A DNA stretch of 64,000 nt from an uncultured Verrucomicrobiae bacterium (lineage in GTDB: Bacteria; Verrucomicrobiota; Verrucomicrobiia; Chthoniobacterales; JAFAMB01), in NCBI GenBank assembly GCA_963762565.1, contig CAVXLD010000012.1, forward strand, positions 448,001-512,000. The letters run 5' to 3'. The position numbers and the translations under genes were made by a program. The notes below the pieces were generated by a model, which was not told where the DNA came from, did no database searches, and saw nothing but the letters and a program-made list of their open reading frames with translations. Shown here one piece after another: positions 31,060 through 40,266 of the stretch (its first letter is position 1; the number at the start of each line of letters is the position of its first letter).

Positions 31060-31971
31060 TCACCCTGGGAACGGGAACGGTTCTAACACACGCTCGCTGA
31101 GAGCCTTCTTCAAAATGCGTTTCACCTGGCTGCCTTCCGCTTCGGTCAGCGCCAAGCGAGGAGGTCGAGTTAAAGCGAAGCCGGCGCCGACTTCTTCCTG
31201 AACAAACTTAATCGCTTGAACAAATTTAACGATCGTATCCAAACGCAATAACGGTAGAAACCATCGGTACAACTCCCAGATTTCCGGGCCGCTTTGAGTC
31301 GAAGCCAGGCGGAAAAGTTCTACGGATTCTCTCGGGAACGCATTAGCCAATCCTGCAATCCAGCCAATAGCTCCGGCTTGAATTCCTTCCGCGATAAGAT
31401 CATCCACTCCGACGAGCAGATGCAATCGTTCGTCTAGAAGCTCTTTGATCGCGGCGATCCGTCTGACATCGCTCGAAGATTCTTTCACTGCTGCTAACCC
31501 TGGGCAATCCTGTGCAAGTTCTGCAATCTGGGTAGGCAAAAAATCGGTCTTATAAGCGATTGGATTGTTATACAACATGCAAGGTAGAGCGGTTGACTCG
31601 ATAACCGCTCGCAGATGACTTTTCATTTCGGACCAGTCCGACGAATACGCGTAAGGAGGCAGAACCATAAGACCATGGCAACCAATCTTCTCTGCTTCCT
31701 GGGCCAATTTCACCGCCTCGCGAGTTGACAACGCGGCCACTCCGGCTACCACAAAACCCTGCGGCCCGATCGCTTCACAGCTGAGCCTCAAAACCGCCAG
31801 TTTTTCGTCGAAGCTTAGAGTGGCGCCTTCGCCCAAAGAACCCAGTGGCACCACCCCATCACAGCCCGCAGCAACTAACCATCGCAGATGTTTCTTCATC
31901 CAGGTCTGGTTAATTTCTCCATTTGGATCAAATGGAGTCGTGACAGCGGGGATCACACCTTTCCAATCCAT
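31060..31971 (-). CDS. DapA-family protein, likely 1-pyrroline-4-hydroxy-2-carboxylate deaminase
   Basis: GSLGE, YNNP and VKESS motifs; operon context with the hydroxyproline epimerase. Confidence 0.82.
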   Translation of the reverse strand: MDWKGVIPAVTTPFDPNGEINQTWMKKHLRWLVAAGCDGVVPLGSLGEGATLSFDEKLAVLRLSCEAIGPQGFVVAGVAALSTREAVKLAQEAEKIGCHGLMVLPPYAYSSDWSEMKSHLRAVIESTALPCMLYNNPIAYKTDFLPTQIAELAQDCPGLAAVKESSSDVRRIAAIKELLDERLHLLVGVDDLIAEGIQAGAIGWIAGLANAFPRESVELFRLASTQSGPEIWELYRWFLPLLRLDTIVKFVQAIKFVQEEVGAGFALTRPPRLALTEAEGSQVKRILKKALSERVLEPFPFPG

Positions 31972-31994
31972 AAGTTCTCAGATCAAAATCGGTT

Positions 31995-33092
31995 CTATGT
32001 CGCTGGGAAAGGTCGATCTGGCAAATAAGGCGCCGGATCGATCTCGCCTTTTACGCCCTGGACATGTTGGAGCACAAGCTTAGCCGTCGCGAGCGAAGCG
32101 GTGATGCCGAGCCCCTCGTGCCCTGTCGCTAGAATCAACCCGGGAACTTCGGGGTACGGCCCAATCAACGGGAGACCATCGGGTGTCGCGCCCCGGAATC
32201 CTGTCCAGATTCTGTTTACAACGCAGTCGCAGAGCGCCGGAACGAACGAAACCGCGCGTTTTAACATTCGATCCACAATGAGTGGTTCAACTTCAGGTTT
32301 TAACTCGTACTCGCGGCTCGAACCAATCAGTAACTGTCCCGTACTGCGCGGCTGCAGATTAAAAGCCACTGAGGCAGGATCTGAGCCGTGTGCGCTTTGC
32401 AGGTAGCCGGTCTCGATCAGTTGATGCCGAATCAGCGGCTCTGGTAACCTCTCGGTAATCGCAAGATGCCCTTTTCGTTTACGCAATGGCAGGCCCGGTA
32501 GCAGGTCTGTCGCGTCGGCGCCCGTGGCCAGCACGATGTGCGACGCTTCCATGATTTCTCCGCCTGCCAACTCAACCGAATGCGGTCCAATCCTTTTGAC
32601 TTCGGAACGGAAATATTTGGCTCCAGACCGAAAGGCTCGAACTAGGAGTTCGCTGGTTGCTATCGGAGCAGATAACACGGCATCCGCTGGGATTCTTAGC
32701 CCTCCGATCACACCAGGAGCCAAGGCTGGCTCGAGTTCGAACAGTTTAGCCTGGTTCACGACATCCGCTTCGACGCCGTATTTACGAAAAAAATCCCGGC
32801 GCAGTTCGATCGCTCTCATTTCGTCTTCGTTCGATGCCACCCACAATGTGCCCGTTGTCCGAAACTCGATTCGATCCGAGAGAGCCACCTGGTGCCAGAG
32901 ACGTCTGGAATAAGCAGTGAGCTTGAGTTGAGCCTCGCTGTTGTCTAGTGCCAAGATGTGTCCCATCCCGACAGCCGTCGCCCCAGAGCCGGGTTCATTA
33001 CGTTCAAGCACTCCTACCGATAGGCCCGCCGCAGCTAATTCCTGTGTGCAAGCCGCCCCAACAATCCCAGCTCCAATGACCAAAACATCCAT
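31995..33092 (-). CDS. FAD-dependent oxidoreductase (DAO family), likely D-hydroxyproline dehydrogenase subunit
   Basis: VIGAGIVGA; GATAVGMGH; WTGFR; GHEGLGIT. Confidence 0.85.
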   Translation of the reverse strand: MDVLVIGAGIVGAACTQELAAAGLSVGVLERNEPGSGATAVGMGHILALDNSEAQLKLTAYSRRLWHQVALSDRIEFRTTGTLWVASNEDEMRAIELRRDFFRKYGVEADVVNQAKLFELEPALAPGVIGGLRIPADAVLSAPIATSELLVRAFRSGAKYFRSEVKRIGPHSVELAGGEIMEASHIVLATGADATDLLPGLPLRKRKGHLAITERLPEPLIRHQLIETGYLQSAHGSDPASVAFNLQPRSTGQLLIGSSREYELKPEVEPLIVDRMLKRAVSFVPALCDCVVNRIWTGFRGATPDGLPLIGPYPEVPGLILATGHEGLGITASLATAKLVLQHVQGVKGEIDPAPYLPDRPFPAT

Positions 33093-33242
33093 CGAGGACT
33101 TATCTAAACCGCGAATGGACACGAATGAACACGAATATTTTAATCACGAATCGATCGATTACCGTCCCCGACCGCTGGCATTTGCCAAAGCCGTTAAACC
33201 TATCTGCGTAAATCTGCGTTCATCTGCGGTTAAATATTCGCG

Positions 33243-34238
33243 TCAATTCGTGTCCATTCGCGGTTCGTCTCTCATTCCTTTCTGTCTTTGGGTGAGCTCT
33301 TGTTTGTGTCCATTCGCGGTTGGGATCCCAAACTGAAATGGATCCTGCTCATCGAATACGATCTCGCCCTCAGCCGTTACAAAAGCGGATCCCGTGATCG
33401 TCGGAATCACTGCGCCTGCTTGATCAAATTGATAAACCGCGTCGAATAGGGTCAAAATGATGCTCTCTTGCCGCCAGACCTGGCCGGGGGAAAGTTTTCC
33501 TTCAGCGGAGAGGCAAGCCAGTTTAGCGCTGGTCCCGGTGCCACAGGGACTCCGGTCATAAGCGCCTCCCGGACAAAGCACGAAGTTCCGGCTATCAGCG
33601 ACCTGCGACGGCCCGAACAGCTCGATATGATCGACCTTTTGAGTTTCTGGCTCAAGCGCAAGCGCTCGCTTAACCCTGATGCAATAATCGGTTAACGTCG
33701 CGCGATTCTCTAAGTTGATTTGCAGGCCGTGATTCTCGATTAAGAAGAACCAATTCCCGCCCCAGGCGATGTCTCCTGCCACCTTACCTAAGCCGTCGAC
33801 GAATAACACATGGCCTTTTTCCGCTCGATACGAAGGAACGTTTTGCACCGAGACTCGTCCATCTATGTGAAGCGTGGCCCCAACAACGCCAGCCGGTGTA
33901 TCGATCCGGTGCGGTCCGGGTTGTAGTCTTCCGAGATAGGCTAGGGTCCGGATAAGGCCGATCGTCCCATGTCCACACATGTTGAGATAACCGACGTTAT
34001 TAAAAAAGATTACGCCGGCGGAGCAGGTAGGATCGGAAGGCGGGACCAAAAGCGCTCCGACTGTGGTATCGCCCGCTCTCGGTTCAGTACAAAAGGCGCG
34101 TCGATAGGAATCAAACTTTCTAGCCAATATCTCGCGGCGTTCGGATAAGTTGCCCGACCCCAGATCAAAAGGAGCATCCAGAATGACCCGAGTGGGCTCG
34201 CCCGCAGTATGCGAATCGACAAACCGAACCGAATGCAT
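33243..34238 (-). CDS. 4-hydroxyproline 2-epimerase (proline racemase family)
   Basis: DSHTAGEPTR; MCGH and DRSPCGTGT (Cys/Cys pair); Val in VGALL as in Hyp epimerases. Confidence 0.88.
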   Translation of the reverse strand: MHSVRFVDSHTAGEPTRVILDAPFDLGSGNLSERREILARKFDSYRRAFCTEPRAGDTTVGALLVPPSDPTCSAGVIFFNNVGYLNMCGHGTIGLIRTLAYLGRLQPGPHRIDTPAGVVGATLHIDGRVSVQNVPSYRAEKGHVLFVDGLGKVAGDIAWGGNWFFLIENHGLQINLENRATLTDYCIRVKRALALEPETQKVDHIELFGPSQVADSRNFVLCPGGAYDRSPCGTGTSAKLACLSAEGKLSPGQVWRQESIILTLFDAVYQFDQAGAVIPTITGSAFVTAEGEIVFDEQDPFQFGIPTANGHKQELTQRQKGMRDEPRMDTN

Positions 34239-34507
34239 GACGCCTAATCGACCCTATTTCACGCTTGTCAATCGCGGACGGGCGCACGAAGGGAACGAAA
34301 CAATAGCCTCGCGCAAAGGGCGCAAAGGACGCAAAGGGAAGACAGACGAACCGCAGCCCCGAAATTCTCCGGGGTCAAATTAACGCAGTCGCCTCGCCTT
34401 TCACCTTTCACCTTTCACCCTCTTCCCTTTGCGTCCGTTGCGTCCTCTGCGCGAGGTTTCTGCCTTCCGGGTTTTCGGGTCGCTGCGCGCCGCTCAGGGC
34501 GCCGATG

Positions 34508-34822
34508 CTACCTGGGCTCGAGATAGTAAACAATATGCCCGGTCGCCCAACTGTCTTGGCTATGCAACCGGATGGCCCACAAGCCGATACCTGCAACCAC
34601 GGCGACCAAGCATAACACTCGCGGAACCGCATGCGCCCGATACTCCGGCGACAGGTTGATCCAGCAGCCGATTACTCCGACGAGACAAAGCAAATCAAAA
34701 CCCATGGTCATAAGCTGCACCGTATGCATGGGATACTCGTGGCTCGGCGTAAATGCCCGCCACAGAAACGTCATGATCAAGATGAGCGAGAGAATCACAA
34801 AGAGATTTCTGGTGCTAAGCAT
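34508..34822 (-). CDS. Small hypothetical membrane protein (3 TM)
   Basis: Three hydrophobic segments; isolated between repeat blocks. Confidence 0.6.
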   Translation of the reverse strand: MLSTRNLFVILSLILIMTFLWRAFTPSHEYPMHTVQLMTMGFDLLCLVGVIGCWINLSPEYRAHAVPRVLCLVAVVAGIGLWAIRLHSQDSWATGHIVYYLEPR

Positions 34823-34950
34823 AGTTCAGTCGACACGTTAACCTCGGGACGGCAACCCGGTAAATAAGTGCAATTGCTTATAGTTCACGCGGTTTCACCT
34901 GTCTTTCCTTCGCGTCCTTTGCGCCCTTTGCGCGAGGCGTCTGCTATTTG

Positions 34951-35349
34951 CTATTTATCCTCTTCCTCCAGGATCGGTTTGATATCGATAATCGGTGTAC
35001 CGTTGATGGCTTCCAACGACTCAACCCTGATCCAGTGATCAGTTATGCTGACGATTTTGGTGCGATGAAGGCCAATCGGGTTAGGACGATCCGGAGAACG
35101 AGTTCCAAATACACCGCGCAAAGGGGTATGCGGATTATTACGAGGATGGGTTTTCAGAATGGTTCGGTCTGCTTGATGGAGCCACGTCAGAACCCAGATA
35201 TCCATTCCCGTTTTGAGACCATCAAGCGCTTCGATATAAGCCGGTCTGATTTCCAAACTAGCATGTGGTGCACCTTCATGGGCCTGACGCGGGGCCGAAG
35301 TTCGAGCCGTCAGATGCGAGTGAACACGGCCGATATGGGTGAGGTTCAT
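34951..35349 (-). CDS. tsaA: TsaA/TrmO family tRNA methyltransferase (SAM-binding YaeB-like)
   Basis: APRQ; RGVFGTRSPDRPNPIGL; GTPIIDIKP. Confidence 0.88.
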   Translation of the reverse strand: MNLTHIGRVHSHLTARTSAPRQAHEGAPHASLEIRPAYIEALDGLKTGMDIWVLTWLHQADRTILKTHPRNNPHTPLRGVFGTRSPDRPNPIGLHRTKIVSITDHWIRVESLEAINGTPIIDIKPILEEEDK

Positions 35350-35576
35350 TACGCTTCCTCCAGGAACAATGCCTACGGCGCGAGGGACAAATAGCAAATC
35401 GCAAATAGCACATAGCAATCTACCGGCAGTTGGAGTCTGCTCCCGTCCTCCCCCAACAGCCGCCACCAGCCAAGCGCCAACGGCGCACTCAGTCCACTCC
35501 GTCAACTCAGTCCACTACGTCAACTCCCACCACCAATCACCAATCACCAATCACCTTTCACCTTTCACCTTCTCCC

Positions 35577-36125
35577 TCACCGGCACCCAGCCAGCATCGC
35601 GTAAACGATGACACCGGTAACCGACACATACAGCCAGACCGGAAACGTGAACCGCGCCAACCGCCGGTGAGCCGGAAACCGCCCTGTGAGCGACAAAAAG
35701 AACGTGATGAGAATCATCGGCAGAGCCACAACGGAAAGAGCAATGTGCGAGATGAGCAACGGAAAATAAACACCACGAACGAACCCTTGACCCTGAAAAT
35801 GCATGTCGCCGTGAAGCGCATGATTCGTGATGTAGGTCACGAGGAAAACCGTAGAAAAGATAAACGCGGTGAACATGGCGCCTCGATGCTCACTGATGCG
35901 TCTTGCCCGGATAAAAAAGTAGCCGGCAACCAAAGCAATCGACGAAAGAGCATTCAACAATGCGTTTAACGCGGGCAGAAAAAGGAGCTGAGTCCCGGCC
36001 ACATCAGTCGGCGCATGATAATAAACGAGCCAGCAAAGAAACAGACTGGCGAGAGCGCTGATCCCGATAATAGCGCCGATGACGCTGATTGGTGTCCGAG
36101 TGTTGTCGCTGGTGATCGTAGTCAT
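35577..36125 (-). CDS. DUF420 family membrane protein
   Basis: LPALNALLN; HRGAM; LISHIAL; HRRLAR.TFPVWLYVSVTGVIVY. Confidence 0.88.
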   Translation of the reverse strand: MTTITSDNTRTPISVIGAIIGISALASLFLCWLVYYHAPTDVAGTQLLFLPALNALLNALSSIALVAGYFFIRARRISEHRGAMFTAFIFSTVFLVTYITNHALHGDMHFQGQGFVRGVYFPLLISHIALSVVALPMILITFFLSLTGRFPAHRRLARFTFPVWLYVSVTGVIVYAMLAGCR

Positions 36126-36508
36126 TCCCCGAAAAAGAACACGAAACCAAATCTCACGCAAAGAACGCAAAGCCGCAAAGAAAAGACAGTAATAGCCGCG
36201 AAAGAGCACAAAGAACACAAAGAAAGCCTCGCGCAGAGGACGCAAAGGGCGCAGAGGGAGCGGAAGAACGTGAAAGGTGGAAAATCTCGAAAAAACACGA
36301 ACCGCAGCCCCGAAATTCTCCGAGGTGAAATGGACGCAGATAGGGTACGGAGGGGAGGGGAACCGCGTTTACGAGCGTGGGCTTGATGCCAGCGCGACAG
36401 CTACTCCTTGAACTTCTCGAACTCCTGCAACTCCTTGAACTCCCTTTTCTCTGCGCTTTTTGTGCCTTCGCAGCTTGCCGCGCCGTAGGCTCTGCGAAGG
36501 AGGGGCTA

Positions 36509-37570
36509 TTAAATCTTCCCCAGCGTTGGGACAAAGCGCATCTTTTGGAATTGATCAAAGAGCCGGAATAACATTTCCTCGGTATCGACCCATTCCAGGA
36601 AACCGTACCGCCGGCATTTGTTGGTGTCCGTCATAATATCGTACTCGATATTGAAAATGGCTTCGCCGAAAGGCCAGGAGACAGCTTGATCGAATGAATA
36701 ATCGAGTAAGCCATGTTGTTTAACGAGCCGTTGCCAGAGCGCGCCTTTGTCCGACATGAATAGAGCCAACGGGAGATGTTGCGGTGGCGCGTACTCCATT
36801 TTGAAATAGTTGGCCAGACGCGGCCAGAGATTACTCCAACGATTGAAATCGCCGTTAGTGATATTGAAAGCTTCCCCGTCACAACGATCATTGGTACCCG
36901 CCCATACAATGGCTTTCGCTAACAGCTCAGCATCGGTCATCTCCAATACGATCTCGTATGCCTTGGCCGTGCCCGGGAACCGGAAAGGTAACCCCATTTG
37001 TTTGCAGAGCACAGCGTACACCGCCAGAACAGTGGCCATGTTCATTGGGTTACCCACCGCGAACCCGCAGATGGAAGAAGGACGTAACGCTGACCAGGAC
37101 CAGGATTTACCAGCCGATCGAGTTTTAAGGTAATCCTCCTGATCATAATAAAAATTTGGCGGCATATGCCGCAGATCATCCTCCCGGGCGGGTGTCTTGT
37201 AAGGACCGAGGTGCGCGCCGTACCATTTGGCGCCTTCAAGAAGAACCACCTTTCGGAATTGGGTCGATGAACGTTCCACGGTCTCAACCAGGTTGATGAG
37301 CATCGCTAAGTTAGGTCCTACCTCATCGAACACGCTCTTCCCCCAATAGAGCGCGGAGTAGAAGACGTGAGTGACATCTCCGATATCTCTCAGTTTAGAT
37401 TCAACCGCGGACCGGTCACAAAGATCGACTGCGATATAGTTAGCGGATGTCTGAAATTCAGGGCTTCTCCGGGATAACCCGATCACTTCCCAATCACCGA
37501 GTGAGACCAGATGGTTGACAAGGGTGCGACCGGTAACGCCGAGCGCTCCGGCTACCAAGGCCTTCTTCAT
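36509..37570 (-). CDS. SDR oxidoreductase of the PRISE (progesterone 5-beta-reductase/VEP1-like) type
   Basis: GALGVTG; GAKWYG; PNFYYDQED; WSWSALRP. Confidence 0.85.
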   Translation of the reverse strand: MKKALVAGALGVTGRTLVNHLVSLGDWEVIGLSRRSPEFQTSANYIAVDLCDRSAVESKLRDIGDVTHVFYSALYWGKSVFDEVGPNLAMLINLVETVERSSTQFRKVVLLEGAKWYGAHLGPYKTPAREDDLRHMPPNFYYDQEDYLKTRSAGKSWSWSALRPSSICGFAVGNPMNMATVLAVYAVLCKQMGLPFRFPGTAKAYEIVLEMTDAELLAKAIVWAGTNDRCDGEAFNITNGDFNRWSNLWPRLANYFKMEYAPPQHLPLALFMSDKGALWQRLVKQHGLLDYSFDQAVSWPFGEAIFNIEYDIMTDTNKCRRYGFLEWVDTEEMLFRLFDQFQKMRFVPTLGKI

Positions 37571-37933
37571 GGAGAGAGAATCTCACGCAAAACCGCAAAG
37601 AAAAGACAACAACCGCAGATGGACGCAGATTTACACAGATAGGGTATGGGGGAGGAGAACCGGGTTTACGAGCCGACAGCCACTCCTTGAACTCCTTTTT
37701 TTTGCGCTTTTTGTGCCCTTGGCCGACGAAGCTAAAGGGGGAGGTGGGGCGAAGTCGGCTTTTCGCGGCTATTAGTTTTTTCCACCAATCACAATCACCT
37801 CTCGCCAATCACCTCCCACCTTTCACCTGGGCAACGATTTACAAGATTCACAGTATGTGTGGACGGCTTACCCCATCTTGTATTTTTAGGAGCACAGACT
37901 CCCGGAAACACAAACCGCACGATTTCCCCTAAA

Positions 37934-38464
37934 ATGCTGATGAGAAAAGAGCCGGCACCCCAAGTAGATCCGAGGGTGGTATGGTATAACCTCTGGGCTG
38001 ATACAGCGAATCATCTCATCTACCAGACGCTGGCGCTAAAGGCAGACGGAGACAGAAAACGATGGGAGATAGTCATCATCACGACTGCTTTCTCCTTTTC
38101 TATAATTACATTGATATTTTCGTTCGTTGGTCAGGAATGGTCCACGATAGTTACTCGGATCTCGGCCGCGATGACCGTCCTCTTATCCGGGTTGGGAGGC
38201 GTTCTGCAACTGAAAGAGGCCGCGAAGGAGCTCAAGGCGCATCGCGACAAACTATTTTCCCTTTCCTATCACTCCGAAAGGGTTTGGAACCTCGCCCGAG
38301 ATCGCTCCCAACAGGAGAACGCTAGCGCTGAGGCGGATGCAGCTGACAAGGAACGCTTAAGCATCCGCCAAGCAACGCCCTTGTGCAAAGTACCGGACGT
38401 CTTGGCTGAGACTTGCTTTCAGCGCGCGTCCAAAATTTTAAGCGACCGATATACCCACAAATAG
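37934..38464 (+). CDS. Two-TM protein with a helical C-terminus, SLATT-like
   Basis: Two adjacent TM helices followed by AAKELKAHRDKLFSL and a helical tail; architecture match only. Confidence 0.55.
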   Translation: MLMRKEPAPQVDPRVVWYNLWADTANHLIYQTLALKADGDRKRWEIVIITTAFSFSIITLIFSFVGQEWSTIVTRISAAMTVLLSGLGGVLQLKEAAKELKAHRDKLFSLSYHSERVWNLARDRSQQENASAEADAADKERLSIRQATPLCKVPDVLAETCFQRASKILSDRYTHK

Positions 38465-38474
38465 GATACACACC

Positions 38475-38615
38475 ATGGTTGAAGACAAAAACAACCTGCC
38501 AAGCAAAGAAAAATCACACTGGGGAGGCGGAGGTGAAAAGGCATATGTCGACCCGCCAGAGTCAATCAACCCGCCCAACATGCCTGAGTCGGATCCGGAA
38601 CAGGGAGTGCAGTAA
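38475..38615 (+). CDS. 46-aa Pro/Glu-rich small ORF (not in the ORF track)
   Basis: AGGA RBS-like sequence upstream; MVEDKNNLPSKEKSHWGGGGEKAYVDPPESINPPNMPESDPEQGVQ. Confidence 0.45.
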   Translation: MVEDKNNLPSKEKSHWGGGGEKAYVDPPESINPPNMPESDPEQGVQ

Positions 38616-38818
38616 AAGGGTGGCCACCTATCGATTCGCGGTCCATCTTTTATCTGCGTAAATCTGCGTCCATCTGCGGTTAAGTTTTGTATTCGTGTTA
38701 ATTCGTGTCCATTCGCTGCTATGTCCGCGCCGTAGGCTTGGCGAAGGCGGGGTCCCTTTATGCGTTCTTTGTGCTCTTTCGCGGCTATTCCTGTCTTCGA
38801 CCAATCACCAATCACCAA

Positions 38819-39889
38819 TCACCTCTCACCTCCACCCACCCCGGGATCACTCGACTGGCGAATAACTAACTTCGTCGGCAAAATAGTCTTTAACGGCCCT
38901 TTCTCTTTCAACAACGCCGCGACAGCCATCCGTCCTTTCTCCTCAAACGACTGATGCACCGTCGTTAATCGCGGGACACTCATTTTGGCCGCGGGGATAT
39001 CATCAAAGCCGACCACGGCTAAATCTTTCGGGATCCGCAATCCGAGCTTGGACGCAACCTCCATCACCCCAAGAGCCAGCCGGTCACTCGTGGCCAGGAT
39101 CGCGGTAGGACGCGGCTTCTGGTTAAGCAAATACTCGGCTGCGGCTCTACCGTCCTCCTCACTGCTCCGCAGGCATTCCCAGATTCTCACCGAACTTTTT
39201 ACTCCGCCTGACTCAATAACCCCGAGATACCCTTGCATCCGGCGCCGGGCTACTTCGAAACGTGCCTTACGCAAACGGCTTTTATCGATGGGTCCGGTGT
39301 ATCCGTCGGCCTGCAACGGGAAGGTCACGATGCCAAATCTTCGGTGCCCCAGCTCTCTGAGGTGCTGGGCACAGGCGCGAGCCGCCGCCCGCTCTTCAAT
39401 CCCGACGAACGGGACATTGGGAAGCAAGAATTGATCGACCACGACCATCGGCAGACCCCGATCCACGACCGGTTGGATGGTCGGGCCATCGTTCGGCATG
39501 GTGTAAATAATGAGACCGTCAACCGCAGCTCTTCTGAGGATACCCTCATAGCCTTCACCGCATTGCACGAGCAATAGACCGAGATGCCGTTCGCTGCATC
39601 CTTCGGCAACTCCGCTCAAGAATGCCGAAGCGGCCGGATCCTGGAAAACGTGGTACAAAGGAGAGGCGTACACCACGGCGATGGCGCCGGCGAAACCGGT
39701 TCGCAACATCCTGGCGGCAGGATTGGGTCCTGGATAATTGAGGGAACGCGCGGTAGCCAAAATCTTCTCCCGTAATTCGGGTGAAAGCTGATCCGGCCGG
39801 CTAAAAGCGTAAGACACGGAAGCAATCGAAACTCCGACGGCTTTAGCTACGTCGGTGAGCGTACCCCGGTCTTTTAACGAAGGTCTCAT
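38819..39889 (-). CDS. LacI family transcriptional regulator
   Basis: TLTDVAKAVGVSIASVSYAF HTH; DLAVVGFDDI; LTTVHQ. Confidence 0.93.
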   Translation of the reverse strand: MRPSLKDRGTLTDVAKAVGVSIASVSYAFSRPDQLSPELREKILATARSLNYPGPNPAARMLRTGFAGAIAVVYASPLYHVFQDPAASAFLSGVAEGCSERHLGLLLVQCGEGYEGILRRAAVDGLIIYTMPNDGPTIQPVVDRGLPMVVVDQFLLPNVPFVGIEERAAARACAQHLRELGHRRFGIVTFPLQADGYTGPIDKSRLRKARFEVARRRMQGYLGVIESGGVKSSVRIWECLRSSEEDGRAAAEYLLNQKPRPTAILATSDRLALGVMEVASKLGLRIPKDLAVVGFDDIPAAKMSVPRLTTVHQSFEEKGRMAVAALLKEKGPLKTILPTKLVIRQSSDPGVGGGER

Positions 39890-39910
39890 GCGAGCGCAAT
39901 TTAGCCGGAT

Positions 39911-39983
39911 TTACTTAAAGCATTAAATTTCTTTTTTGACTTCTCCACTTTCTTTGGCTTTTATTACTTAAAGCATTAAGTAA
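39911..39983. promoter_or_regulatory. Two candidate LacI operators between lacI and the glycoside hydrolase gene
   Basis: TTACTTAAAGCATTAAATTT (39911-39930) and near-palindrome TTACTTAAAGCATTAAGTAA (39964-39983). Confidence 0.7.
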
Positions 39984-40266
39984 CTCTGCCCGCAAAGGCT
40001 GCTAATCCCCCCAAGCCATGGACTTACGGCACCTCCGATGTTCTTCAATCCTAGCGCACGGCGCGCTTCGTCCTTCCGCCTTTGCCAACGCCTGGTTGTG
40101 GAGCGTGCCTCGCTTGCGAGGCCGACTTGGGATGACGGAGGAAGTCTTGGCAAAGGCGCGGCTATTAAGGATTTCGGCGACCCCTTCGGCCTCGCAAGCG
40201 AGGCAGCGCTCCACCAATCACCAATCACCACTCACTTCTCACTAACCAACCCCAAACCCCCTCCTT

